64,000 nt of DNA, taken from the NCBI GenBank assembly GCA_951406725.2, contig OX597817.1:94240001-94304000 (forward strand), written 5' to 3'. This document shows positions 1-14,325 of this stretch, one piece after another; the stretch's first letter is position 1, and each line of letters begins with the position of its first letter. The translations under genes were made by a program, and so were the position numbers. Below the pieces are notes generated by a model. The model did not search any database. It saw only the letters and a program-made list of their open reading frames with translations, and was not told the DNA's origin. The stretch comes from Octopus vulgaris (lineage: Eukaryota).

Positions 1-111
1 CATTCAAAAATAAATCTAATCCAATAACATCGATGGAATTAGATAAAGGAATATGTGGAAGACTTGAAGGAAGCGGTCTTTTAACGATAATAATAATAAT
101 AATTTTTTTTT

Positions 112-300
112 TACTACCCACAAGGAGCTAAACACAGAGAGGACAAACAAGGACAGACAAACACATTAAGTCGATTATATCGACCCCCAGTGCGTAACTG
201 GTACTTAATTTATCGACCCCGAAAGGATGAAAGGCAAAGTTGGCCTCGGCGGAATTTGAACTCAGAACGTAACGGCAGACGAAATACGGCTAAACGAAAT
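112..300 (-). mobile_element. tRNA-derived SINE, family B (central TGCCTTTCATCCTTTCGGGGTCGATAAAT...AGTACCAG block)
   Basis: Reverse complement matches copies at 1855-2062, 6062-6250, 26400-26510 and 61822-62155; B-box-like GAGTTCAAATTCC. Confidence 0.8.
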
Positions 301-1850
301 TTCACTGCCATACAAAGCACAGCTTCTCCTATGCACGATGTCTCAGTGAAACATGTACGAAACACACTCACGAAGTCGACACCGGAAAGTTTACAAATTA
401 TAAAATAGAAATGGAACAAAACTGAAAGCACATACATTGAGTAATTACGCATACACTCGAATGTCTCCAGAATACATTTTTATACCCATAGGACTATACG
501 CATAGCTCAATATCACCACTCCTCTTTTGTCTAGCCTTAATACCTCTCTCAAAATTGCTCGATGATGCACAGTACAGTTACAAAATGTTTGATAAAAATA
601 TAAATCATCTCATTTACATGGATGATTTTTACAACTGGATTTTTACAACTGGTACTAACAATGAATATTGCCACAATTGGCCTAGACACATACTTGAAAA
701 ACTCTGAGAATTGGATGTTAAAACTTGTCTCAAAACATGAAAACAAGAAAGCATCATACTCAGTAACAAAACAGACGAAGGAATATCTAATGAATTCCGA
801 ATACAACAAATTCCAGAATTAGACGTACTAGAAACAAGCGCAGAAAAAGCTAAGCGCATGAAAACCGGGCTAAAACTACTGCCTTAGATATTCTGACTGA
901 TAAATGGCAAGAAAAGCCTCTCAGTGGCAAATACCCAAAGACAGCGAATAATGCCGATGTTGACAAAACCCTTACCCATCAATGGCTTTTGGTTTAAAAT
1001 CAGAAACAGAAGGGTTTAACATAGCAGTCCAAAATCAATGCCTACCTACAAGGAACTACCAGGCCAACATATTAAAGAACCGCAGCTCCCCAATATGTCG
1101 TGTATGTCAACAATAAAATGAGACCATTGATCATGTTGTCTCCATGTGCAGTCTTCTTGCGCCTACAGAGTATCTCAACAGGCTTGATAGAGCTGCACAA
1201 TATATTTACTGGGTAATTTGCAAAAACCTGGACTTGCCCTATGATAAAAACTGGTGGGAACGCAAACCACCTCCAGTACTTGAAAATGATCACATATTAC
1301 TCCTCTGGAACTTCACCATTCAAACTGACAGAAAGATAGGTGCAAATAGGTCAGACATTATATTGAAAGACTTCAGACAAAAATCATGCCTCCTCATTGA
1401 TATGACTGTCCCAATCGATATAAACGTATCTGTCAAGACCTACCAAAACTGAGCACGTATAAAGCTCTTGAAATAGAAATTAGCAAACTGTGGAACCTGA
1501 AGACTAAAACAATACCTGTTGTCGTAGGTGCCCTAGGAATGATAGCAAAAGGGGCTGATTGCTAGCTCAGATACCAAGAAACCCCAAAATAGCAGAAATT
1601 AAAAAGTTAGTGCCCATAGGAACTGTCCATATCCTACATAAAATACTGACTATGTAATCTCAAATTTTAAAACAAACACATAATTTTCTTATGGTTTCTT
1701 AAACATTCTCAAGAACAATGCTATGTACAAAACCAAATATATGGCACCCAAGCTTTAACTTCTAACTTGTTGACTTTGAAGTCTCAGGGTGAGACTTGGA
1801 GCCAACTTGTACAAATGCAAAGCAAAAGTCAACCATCAAATAATAATAAT
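300..1850 (+). mobile_element. R4/Dong-type non-LTR retrotransposon relic (RT, CCHC, RLE), internally deleted, 3' end with (TAA)n tail
   Basis: SPLLFCLALIPLS and HLIYMDD near 510-625; RLE motifs IYWVIC, LLWNFTIQTDRKI-ANRSDII, CLLIDMTVP in ORF 1144-1452; 3'UTR shared with 18657-18830. Confidence 0.85.
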
Positions 1851-1854
1851 AATC

Positions 1855-2062
1855 TTTTCAACTATGGACACAAGGCCTGAAATGTTGGCGTGGGGTTAAG
1901 TCGATTACATCGACTCCAGTACTCAACCGGTACTTACTTTCTCGACCTCAAAATGATGAAAGGCAAAGTCGACTACGACGGAATTTAAACTTAGAACATG
2001 AAGACAGACGAAATACCAACAAACATTTCGCTCGGCGTCCTAACGATTCTGCCAGCTTGCCA
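1855..2062 (-). mobile_element. SINE family B, diverged
   Basis: Minus-strand head GCTGGCAGAATCGTTAG, same central block as 112-300. Confidence 0.75.
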
Positions 2063-4165
2063 TTTCTTTTCCACACGAACTTTAATTTGCTGAAATAATT
2101 GGTTTATAATAAATGATTAGGAAATATAATAAACTTGCGTTTCGTGAAAAACATATTTCACTCGACAGGATTGGGAGAACAGCGACATTGTCTTCCTTTC
2201 TTCTTGTGTCACTAATTGTATATGCTATTTTCTGCTTCCTTGGTCAGAAATACTATATACAGAATATAGTATATTACTAGTTCATACTGTAGTCGATCTA
2301 TAGGATCTACACTGTATACTCTTAATTCCAAGCTAGAATATAGAATGTAGAACGACATAAGGCATTTGCTGTTTGAAATATAAGACGGATGTTTCTTTAA
2401 ACCCCTCCTTCTTCTTTATCTCCTCCTCTTGCCGACTGTGTAATGAGAAATTTGTGGCGTGTTGCATTGGAACAGTACTTAAAATTTGGCTGACTGAGTT
2501 GTTTTTTCCGTAATTTACATACATGTGGATATCCTGCTAACTATCACACCTGCCGTCTACTTATCAGGATATAAGGCTACAGCCGGGGGAAAAAGACATA
2601 GTTTATTTACACGCACACAAACATACGTGCTCACACGCACACCCGCGCTCACGCACACATGGGTGTGGATGTATGTACATATATGTTAGACGCGTATTTA
2701 TGTTCATTATCCGTACGCATTTATTTTTTGTTTACTGCAAGTTATAAACCCTTCCCGATCTAATATACTATGGGACATATATCATGATATATGTAACCCA
2801 TTTTTAGTCTGCCACAGTTTCGCTTATAAAACAAACCTATTTAAATTGTTCCTAACTTTTAGGACACTGTTTTACTATGGTTTATTGAATAAAAGAGCAG
2901 CGTTCATAAGTAGTAAGGAAGAACAAGCAAAACCTCCTTAGTTGTTTCAGTAAGAAGAATATGGCATTGTTGCACAACTGTAGACCTACTTCGAATGTTA
3001 TCATCAAAGTAGATCTTACTAAAGGTAGACAATAACCAGGTGGTGGCTTTAAGACGGGAAAGGGATTAAGCCCACCTCTCAGCAACAGGTAGAAGACATC
3101 AGACAGATTCTGTACAATTTCTGTCTAAATTCCAAGCACCATCCGGAAATGCCCTGCTCATGGCTATATTAGAAGTCATTTGGCCAATATGCTGCGGTTG
3201 TAATAGAATGCATTTGTCCAGTAAGCCGCAGGTTTGACAAAAGATATTTATCTGTGAACCGCAGTGATGAAAACAGATATCTGTCCAGTGTGCCATAATT
3301 ATAACGGAAGATATTTCCCGTGTTACGATAAAATATATCTTCGGTGTGAGACAGTTATAATAAAAGGTATTTGCCCAATGTGCCGCATGGTGTGTGTTTA
3401 TGTAGTTTATTAAATCCTGTCAAACAAATCCTTAAATTATATACCCAAATTGCATTGATATTTGGAGGTATTCCTTCATATCTCTGAAGTCAGTCATCGT
3501 TCTCTTGTCGCTAGGCGGAAGCGGTGATTATAATCACTGCTTAGGAACTCATTTTTGGTACCATAGTGATCGCAGTATGAACTGTATGGAGCCACGGTAA
3601 ACTAGCATTTGATCAGTTTTGCATAGCGGGATCGATTCTCGGTTGAGTTACTTTAAATTCACTTTAAACCAAAGTCACGGTATTTCTCTATATATTTACT
3701 CTCTCATATATCATCGTTTTCCAGTCGTCGTTGTTTAGCCATAAGTCAGCCTCAATAAAAACAAACTCACAGGGCCTCAGTAACTGTTATTTCCAGTCAT
3801 GACCATTCTTTCTTTTATTCAAACATTCTGTATCTACGACCATATTGTCTACAGATTTTCATTAAGACGGTAGCGTGTGCCCTGAGGTAGAGTTGTTTTA
3901 CTTGTGAAGTAGACCACAGCACTGAGCTGAAAACAGTTTTTGAGTTCTAACAGTTTGGCATGATAAGCGAGAGGAAATATTTCGCCTCCTCATATCTGAA
4001 TATGTAGGTGGACAGGAACCATCTCAATCACCCCACTTTTGGTATGCCTGTGGGTCTCAGTAATTCTTTGCTGTCATGTTTATAGTATGTATTAGTGTGT
4101 ATAGTGTGTGGTGTGTGTATGTATGTGTACATATATACACATACACACGCACACACACACATTAC

Positions 4166-4218
<53 letters not shown>

Positions 4219-4223
<5 letters not shown>

Positions 4224-5470
4224 TTCATATCATAAATAATGCGGTTTTTTCAATTGCATGAACTAAAAGTCGGCGCTGGACGGGATAAACTACATGCATC
4301 AACTTGCTATAAGAACAGGTAGTAATTTTATCGTGTCTATATTCTTAGTGCAAGCTTTGAAGAGTGCAGTTCGATTATAACAGTTATTTTTTTCAAAGCT
4401 ATAATGGAAGTGACAAAGGAACATATTCGGTATATTTTGCTTTATGAGTTCAATAAAGGCAACAACGCAATGGAAAGTGCGAGGAATATTACTGCAGTGT
4501 ATGGGGATCGGAGAATATAAGCCAGTGATAATGGTGATTCCAGAATTTCCGAGCCGGGAACTACGGAGACGAGCCCCGTCCTGGAAGATCTGTGGAGCTC
4601 GACAAAGACATCCTGCAAACCCAGGTGGAACAAAATCTCATCATAACTGTTGAGAAATTAGCAGAGAAGCTTGGATGTAGCTATTCAACAATTGAGCAAC
4701 ACCTGCGTAACATCGGAATAGTCAGCAAATTGGATCAATGGGTTCCTCACAAACTTTCCGAATCTAATCGCGAGCAGAAAGTGAATGTGTGCTCTTCTTT
4801 GCTGTCACGTCTCACGAATGAACCTTTTTCGCATCGAATAGTGACTGGTGATGAGAAATGGGTTCTCTATAAAAATGTCAAGTGCCGAAGACAGTGCGCA
4901 GGGAAAAGAGAAACACTGGCACCCCAGGCTAAAGAAGGTCTTCACCCACGTAATATGTTGTTATCTGTTTGGTGGGATATGAAAGTATTTGTCCACTTTA
5001 AACTTTTAAACCCAAACTAAACGACAATAAAGGAGACCTACTGCGAGCAGCTTGAGCGGCTTAAGAAGCGCTAGAAGAAAAATTACCATCTCTGGTTTCA
5101 AGACTAAAGGTGTTCTTCCATCAGGATAGTGCTCGGCAACATACAGCGGAGTTGACATTCCAAAGACTGGAGCAGTGTGAATGGAAAACGATGCACAACC
5201 CACCATACTTGCCGGACATTGCCCCATCTGATTATCATTTATTCCGCAGTCTTCAAAATCATTTAGACAGAAAAATTTGAATTCTGTAGTACTGGAGGAG
5301 TATTTTTCGCCAGGGACAAGTGAATTTTGGAAGAGGGGCCTTCCAGATAGATGGGAGAGCACTTTAGCAAATGAAGGAGGATATATTTTAGATTAAAAAA
5401 GAACTTTGTTTAACTTAAGTTTGATAAATAAAAGATGAAAAAACTGCAATATTTATGGGATGACTTAATA
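4219..5470 (+). mobile_element. mariner (DD34D) DNA transposon, full-length but decayed, inserted in (TA)n
   Basis: Imperfect ~30-bp TIRs (GGTTCATATCATAAATAATGCGGTTTTTT / AAAAAACTGCAATATTTATGGGATGACTT); transposase motifs WVPHKL, IVTGDEKW, HPPYLPDIAPSDYHLF. Confidence 0.92.
4404..5396 (+). pseudogene. mariner transposase pseudogene (frameshifts and stops)
   Basis: ATG at 4404 gives MEVTKEHIRYILLYEFNKGNNA; ORF 4592-5020 carries the HTH and first catalytic D; stops downstream. Confidence 0.88.
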
Positions 5471-5759
5471 CACACACATACACACATATATATGCATGTA
5501 TGTGTATATGTGTGTGATCACCACTCCAATTTTATATTGGAGTAAATTGTTGAGTAAGTGTTGTTGTTGTTATTTCTGCATGTCTATGTTTGCATGCGCG
5601 CACGCGCATTTTAGAGCGAGAGTGGCGAAAGAAAGATAACGGTTAATGTGTGTAGGTTGTATGGCTGTGTTTGTTTTCGTCAATGTGTATATGTTAATAT
5701 TTACCATTCCCATGCTATCTTATCAATGCTTTAATTTCCTCAAACCGATAAACAACATG

Positions 5760-5792
<33 letters not shown>

Positions 5793-6061
5793 CACACACA
5801 AAAAACAAACACATACACGAACACAAGTGCATTATTATATTCTACTTGCACTTACACAGAGATATGGCACCGATTATAATGCATGCAGGCCTTTATGCAT
5901 TCACTCACACACGCACACACACATACAAACACTCACACACAAGAAGAATTTTGTTGTATGGGAAAACGTAAGAACATAACAACAAAGTATTTTATTGTTG
6001 GTAGTGGTTTTGGTGATAATTAATGCTGTCAGTGCAATAGAAAGTTAGATATATTATTATT

Positions 6062-6250
6062 TCGGTGGCAAGCTGGCATAATTCTTTAGTGGCATTCCTC
6101 CCGATTCTTTACGCCCTGACTTCAAATTCTGCCGAGATCGACTTCCCCTTTCGTGTTTTGAGAGTCGATAAAATAAAGTACCAGGGTCGATGTAATCGAC
6201 TAACCGCTTCCTCTAAAATTACTGACTTTCCTACTAAAATATGAAACAAT
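6062..6250 (+). mobile_element. SINE family B, diverged
   Basis: GCTGGCATAAT head, TTCAAATTCTGCCGAGATCGACTT, AAAGTACCAGGGTCGATGTAATCGACT. Confidence 0.7.
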
Positions 6251-6339
6251 TACTATATGTAGCGAATTTAAAGATTTATCCAGGTTTTCACTGTACTCCT
6301 GTGATATAGGGGAATATGCAATTTTGTGTTTAGACGTTG

Positions 6340-6960
6340 TAGTTTCTATTATATTGAAACTACTCTAATATATACAGTATTTTGTTGCGCCGGTTTTTTT
6401 TTTGTTGTATAAAACTTAGGGTTTCTGTTATGTATTTGTATGTAAGTATGTTAATCATTCTCAAGAGATGTGTACTATTACAGATATTTGTGGTTTTAGG
6501 CTTCCACAATCTGGTTATTTCCATTTCAGGATCTTTATATTTCGAAACTTTCTTCATTTCTTTTGGAGGCACATCTTTATCCGCTGAGACTGACACTTCG
6601 ATTAATAGGTACTCTCTTTCATTACCATCTTTGACAACGGTATTGGGTGTTTGGGGTTAAACTCTCCAAACTAAATAGCTTCACATATCACAGTACAGGG
6701 CCTCCGTGTCACGGTTGGAGACAATGGTTGATGTATGCTTGCACCACATATTAGCATGGCCACAGCTCGTGAGCTGAAACTAGATAAGATAAAAAAAAGA
6801 ATTAAAAAAAGGTCAAACTCTGTCCTGCTAGTAAACGTATCCTTTCTTGGCTAAGACCGGGCAACTTGTAACAGTCTAATTAACTGTTTCTTCCCACCTA
6901 CAAATATATTGCAGTTTCAACATTCTACTTCGTTACATACTTAGGCCCGTTTTTGGTGGG
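6340..6960 (-). mobile_element. R4/Dong RLE-domain fragment interrupted by a SINE 3' fragment (~6690-6800)
   Basis: ORF 6360-6596 KKVSKYKDPEMEITRLWK; upstream C..C...ETV..VTSCPVLAK motif. Confidence 0.75.
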
Positions 6961-7289
6961 GAAGCTTTTATCTTTTGCTACCATCATCGTTATTATTAAT
7001 ATTCTTGTCCTCTTCCTTCCCATCATTATCCTCCTCTTCTTCTTCCTCCTCCTCCTCCTCCTCCTCCTCCTCTTCATCATCATCATCATCATTTTTTTTA
7101 TTGGTAAAGAAAACGCTTTGAAGTATTTAGATATGTTCTGAGTTCAGACCCCGCCAGGAGATATGTTGTAATTCATTCTTCGGGTGGTGGTGATATAAGG
7201 CAAAAGTCAAATACTGATGTTCATATAATCGAAAGCACCCCACCTCTAATGTTTGAGAACTTGTGCATGAGAACTTGTACCTTAATTTA

Positions 7290-8290
7290 TTTGGTCTGTG
7301 ATTCAGTTTGCAGCAGCTGATCTTACCTGTGTATATTCTTGAATGGTTGGCTGGTCCTGTATCGTTGTTAGAAGTTTATCCTATGTTTTTTTATGTTTAA
7401 GTCGTAGTCACTTTTATATTTTTGATTTCTTAAATTAGGGAGTTGAACAACTGAGGACCTCTAAATATCAGTTTGGTACAGTAAAATATTTTTGATCGTC
7501 ACTTCGACGGTGATAAACTGACAGTATCTACCAATCATGCATTAGAATTCTTTCTAATGCTGAAATTTGGAACAAGCACCTCCAAGATTTTCCATACATA
7601 TATGATAGTATATATCTCTCTTCATCGTTTAAGAGGGTAGAGACCTTAGCATTCAGACGTTCTCTGTAATTAAGGTTATTAACTGAAGTTATTTTACTGT
7701 TGAACGTTCTTTATAATCCTTCAATATCTTCAATGAGACCGGATGAGTTTGCAGACAAAGCTATGAGCAGTAATCTAATCTGTTCAGAACTAAGGTTTTC
7801 CATAGAGTCAGCATAACTTTCGCAGGATCCATCTTATGAGATGTGTGCATTTGGTGATCGGTTTGATGATGTGGCTGTGGAAAGACGCATTATTTGGCAT
7901 AGTTACTCATAAGTCCCGTATGTCATTAATGGTCTGAAACATTGTGTTATCTGGTATCAAATAATACAGAACATGAAATTTTTATGTATTAAATTTCATA
8001 TTGCTTTTATTAGCTCATTAATAAATGAGGTTTAGCTTATTTTGGAGTATGACGGCATCTTCTGAAATTTGGATAACCATCGATATTTTTGTGTCGTCAG
8101 CGTGACCCGTCACGTTGACTGAGTGAGCTTGTGAGCTTACACTTGATCGAATGATGATAATAATGGTTCTAGAACTGTGCCTTGAGGTATACTAATTATT
8201 ACAGGTGATTTTGCAGAGAGAAAAGTGCTTGCAGCAACGGAGTGATTCATACCGCGAAAGAAGTCAAAGAGTCATTCTCCGAGTTTTCCA
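7290..8290 (-). mobile_element. Old CR1/L2-type LINE RT 3' fragment
   Basis: Minus-strand SIPQGTVL (~8185) and GHADDTKI (~8100); C-terminal DKLL...DQP...RSAAAN. Confidence 0.7.
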
Positions 8291-9043
8291 GTAATCTCAA
8301 GGTTCACAGTATAAATCACAGTATGTGTGTGTATACTGACTAACGCAGACGTTTCCACAATTCTCAACTGATTTTCACTAAACTTTACACACATATTACT
8401 TACGTCCCAAGGATGATCATGCACTATAACATTTTGTCCAGAGCTCCCAGGTAAAAGGACAAACCAGGGAAAACGGTGGTTTACACGGGTCTTTCTCTAA
8501 TTCGTTGTATGTACATTGTTTTTTGTATGTAAGGTCTTCCATACTTTTTAAAATCTATATGGTCTATATGGTGATTTTCACATTTTTAAAATTATTTATT
8601 TATATGTTTCAATCGTGTATTATTACTTGGTAGGAAAATATTATAATAGTGAAAGGATTTTGTCTATCTATCGACTGTCCACCTGCGACGGTGATTAGAT
8701 TGACTAGGAACACTGTACGCGATGAATATCCAATACCAAACACTCTTAAATTCCACATTTAAATTGCATTAAAATTTAGCAAGCTTACCGTTACCTTTTG
8801 TGAGTTACTTAAAAGGTGACGTTCCCTTCCCTTTCTTCTATTTGTTGATACATTTGTTTACCTACCAATGCATATTCAAGGCAGTATTCGTGAACTGAAG
8901 TCAAACTCTTCATGTCTTCATTTTTAGTTACCTGAAGTCAATTTCAGAGTGGTCGTACACAGTAAACACGTAGCAAATACATTCCTTTAACTCTACTTTT
9001 TCAAGTAGGTATTTTATTGCCATTTTTGAATGTACAAATCATA

Positions 9044-9102
<59 letters not shown>

Positions 9103-9478
9103 AAAAGAAAAAACTGTTTAATAAAATGAATTTGCAGAGGAGAAGTTTTAACATCTTCCTTCAATTTCCTTACACCATTTATGTGGCTATTTCTGACGAG
9201 AAATTTCGCTTTTATATAAAACAACTATATTTTGTAGTCATTATCCGTAATCTACTCACAAAACACTTCAGGGACTCTACTTTGATCACTTGCAAACTTG
9301 TATGTTCTATGATCATTAAAGTGCAAAGACCTCCAGAATAACCAACCTTCAATTTGGTTTTCTGTTCCTAGGTTAATCGGAAACATATGCTACTCATAAA
9401 CCTTTTCTGTAGGTCAATCATTTAGTGAAAAACATACCACCAAAGCAACTTAAACCGCCCAAAGGACGGATGTGTGTG

Positions 9479-9516
<38 letters not shown>

Positions 9517-9537
9517 AACACACACACTCACATATAT

Positions 9538-10490
<953 letters not shown>

Positions 10491-10493
<3 letters not shown>

Positions 10494-10624
10494 TGATTAA
10501 TCTTGAGATTGCTCCAATCTCGTCAGCCCCAAGGAAAAACTAAGCTAACAACATTAAATTTCTTGGAATACGAAAACAAGGACGGACAATCAGACGATGT
10601 TACACTAATATAAATACAAAATAC

Positions 10625-10655
<31 letters not shown>

Positions 10656-10722
10656 TCTAATGCTCTTAGCTTAGTTTTTCCTTGGGGCAGGCTAGATTGG
10701 AGCAATCTCAAGATTAATCAGC
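10491..10722. repeat. Inverted repeat, ~65-bp arms around a spacer with (TAA)n
   Basis: GGCTGATTAATCTTGAGATTGCTCCAATCT...AAGGAAAAACTAAGCTAA versus TTAGCTTAGTTTTTCCTT...AGATTGGAGCAATCTCAAGATTAATCAGCC. Confidence 0.85.
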
Positions 10723-10799
10723 CGAAATTGCATGGATGATCCGGTTCGTTCTTCCCTGGATCTTACGCACACACATAGATATATATATATATCTTTTAT

Positions 10800-11016
10800 T
10801 AGTTTTCTTTTATTTGTTTTAGTCCTTTGACTGCGGCCTTGCTGAAGCATCGCCTTTATTGGAACAAATCGACCCCAGGACTTACTCTTTCTAAACGTAG
10901 TGCTTATTCTGTCGGTCTCGTTTGCCGAACCGCTAATTTATAGGGGACGTAAACACACCAACATCGGTTGTCAAGCGATGGTGGGGGACAAACACAGACA
11001 CACAAACATACATACG

Positions 11017-11092
<76 letters not shown>

Positions 11093-11177
11093 CGACTGGC
11101 TTCTTTCAGTTTCCGTCTACGAAATCTACTCATAAGGCTTTGCCCAGGGTGCCACGCAGCGGTACTGAACCCGGAAC
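10800..11177 (-). mobile_element. SINE family A, head-truncated
   Basis: Reverse complement of the 10114-10493 family. Confidence 0.85.
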
Positions 11178-11334
11178 ATATATATATACTTATATACGTA
11201 CATGCACACATATGCATGCACGCGCACGGACACATGCACACATGCACACAAAAACGTACTCACACACACATATATATACATACATACATACATATATATA
11301 TTATATATATTTATATATATACACACAGACATAC

Positions 11335-11404
<70 letters not shown>

Positions 11405-11763
11405 ATGGCCGCCTAACTTACTTTATCAATTTCATTGGATCTCTTACCAATATTATGTATGAACGTGGTTATTACGTTAAGTTATGGAAGTCCTGAAACT
11501 TTAGTCGAGTTTCTTGTTTCTTTTTTCTCTCTTCTGTAATCTGTATCTTGTATTTCATGTAAGTATACATCTCAAGCCTACCGCTGTTTATCTGCCTTTC
11601 TATCTCCATAACAGCTCGGTAAAGATTATTTTTATTGCTAACTTTCGATGCTGAGATGCTTGGGCAGGATAAAGTGGCTGGAGTTTAACTCCCCATCTAC
11701 TTGAATCTTATTTTGTGCTACCTATACCATTTTATTTTGCTTTCACTTACTTGCAGTGTGTGT

Positions 11764-11802
<39 letters not shown>

Positions 11803-12312
11803 CGCGCGCGAGTGTGTGTCTTTGTGCAAGTATTTTCCTCCACCGTCACTTGACAACTGGTGTCGGTATTGGTCTGTTAGTAATTTTTCTTATATGCCTA
11901 CTGGTCTAGGGCTTACCTAGAATTGAATAGCAATAAGAACAAAAAAAAAACAAAAACAACGCAAGGACATTTGCGACAGAAAGTCCTATTTCCTAATTAT
12001 TCACAATAAAACAACAACAACAACAACTATTACTACTACTACTACTAGGGATAGTATGATCATGTCATGTTAACAAAAATGTCATCATGCACTCTGTGGG
12101 AAACGTCATTAATGGCAATTAATGATTAATTAACTTTAGATAGAGAGAAAGGGATAAAAGCAAACAGACAGATAAGCAGACATACACGCTGACGCAATAA
12201 ACTGACAACTGTACTTAGAGACACTGAGAGATAAATAAATGAAGGAGTGTTACAAGTAGAGACAGGCTAAATATTTATCTAACTAGTTAGCTAGCGAGCT
12301 ATGAAGTAGATG

Positions 12313-12812
12313 ATTTAGTTCATCATTACTCGGAGTATTTTTGTCTAGGCGTTCATTCAGGTTTACTTTCATTCTCTCTTAGAATTTCTTTTCACTGGAA
12401 GATTTGAACTGCCCGAAGCATCTATCAAATCAACACCCAGTGACTGGTGCAGAACAGAGATGTTTTAATAGTGAAGTAATCATTTGCAGCTGAATGGCCT
12501 GGTCATACACACTGCACAATACTGAGAGCTCCCAAATATCTAATTCTCGGGTGGTTGTTCCCTGACCTACCGACTCGACTATTTATGGGTATAGTCAATT
12601 GAAGATATATTCTGGTCGTACCTAGTAGTAACTTAATGAATCCAATGAGATGAAAGACAAATATATTCCCGGCGAGGTTCTGGTCTCGACAATGTGACCT
12701 CGACAGAACACAGAGAACGAATAGAAATAATTAAAAAAAAAACTACTGTGATATATTTTTAGTGTGCCACTCTGCAATCCTTGTACAAGCGTTCACATCA
12801 CGGTGACTACTG
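12313..12812 (+). repeat. Donor of the 500-bp direct duplication copied into the LINE at 15741-16240
   Basis: ATTTAGTTCATCATTACTCGG...CGGTGACTACTG is near-identical at both loci (about 4 substitutions seen). Confidence 0.95.
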
Positions 12813-13916
12813 CCATAAATTTTCAGTCAACTAAAATAAAATTATTTTCACTGTTTCTAAAATGATTCCCAAATTACTCTCCCAAGGTTTCAAATTCTTT
12901 GTTGCTTGCTTGATTTAAGGACTAACAAAAAGTTTTATAAAGGAACAAAATATCAATAACCGAACCCATTGAGATTTGAACTTACAATTCACATGTAGGA
13001 AAGTTGGTGCTATTTGCTATTTAACTCTGTCGTTTTCACTGCTCAACTGATCTAAGCTCTTGACATTATTCAGAAACTAGTTAGCTACTTAGAATCATAT
13101 AGATGAGGTCAACTACCAAAAATTGGATCAATTTTACATTGAACGATAAAATAAGAAAAGAAAGCCCGTTCTGGTTTAAAACGGAAACGAAGTGAATTTC
13201 TTCGACGCCATCTTACTGTTTAAAAATCACTTGGAAAACTAAAAGAGCTTGCTTACAAAGACATCAGCATTCACTACATTCTTTCGATAGTATTCCTTTC
13301 AGTCGATCAGTTAATCTATACAGAATGATATCGGTGATGAGACAGCTACAGTATACGTAAGATAACATAACAACAAAATAAAATAAAATAAAATAAAAGG
13401 CAAAAGAGAATAGAAAATTAGGTATTTATTATAGCGTCTTTTGTATATGAGAATTTCAGTGGATTTTTCTGGCTGTGTCATCGACATTTACAAATTGCCA
13501 GCTATCATGCAGACAACATTCATACTGTATAAAGTCGGAAGGAGATGATAGAATTACAGCAGACTTTCATGCTAAATGTTCCACTAAAAGTTTACTGTAA
13601 AATACAAGCTAAGTAAATAAAGAAACAGAAGCATGTTGAAAAATGTGCTATGTGTGCATTTCATAGTTTTCGTTATTTGATTAATGGCTCGGTGTACATA
13701 AGATCAAATTCAATGATACATTTTTCTTGCAAACCTTTACATTCGGCGTTCAAATTCTACTAAGATCGTCGTTGCTTGTCTCTCATCGATCCCAGATTGA
13801 TAAAGAAAAGTAACATACAAAAGGTGATGTCGCTGTGATCAATTATACCCGAAATTTGTGGACTTGAGCTTATGTTCGAAATCATCATCATCATCACCAC
13901 CATCATCATCATCATC

Positions 13917-13979
<63 letters not shown>

Positions 13980-14128
13980 GAGTGAGAGAGCAGTGCATGC
14001 CATCAAAGTGACACTGGGGTAAAATATACGAAGCCCAATATACCCATCATGACTACCCGTCTGATAAGGGTACACCAGGCACATGCATCACAACCATATG
14101 TGCGCGACATGGTGATCTCATATCAAGA

Positions 14129-14130
<2 letters not shown>
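13980..14130 (-). mobile_element. 5'-truncated copy of a non-coding (TAA)n-associated retroposon
   Basis: Reverse complement of ~58900-59053; (ATT)n on both sides. Confidence 0.85.
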
Positions 14131-14200
<70 letters not shown>

Positions 14201-14325
14201 CATTATTATTATTATTATTTTATGTTTGACTTTTGCTTTGTATTTAAGTTAAGTTAATTTTTTGGCTCAAAAAGCAAAAAGCAAGGCCATGTATGGGGAC
14301 ATGGAGTTATGTACAGGGAGGGTGT

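Noticed and set aside
2880-3400. Short Cys/His-containing ORFs, possible PLE or host exon remnant
   Set aside because: No recognisable motif or consistent frame; too decayed to call
7320-7330. Perfect minus-strand splice donor CAG/GTAAG
   Set aside because: Lies within the C-terminal coding remnant of an old CR1-type LINE; no supported exon
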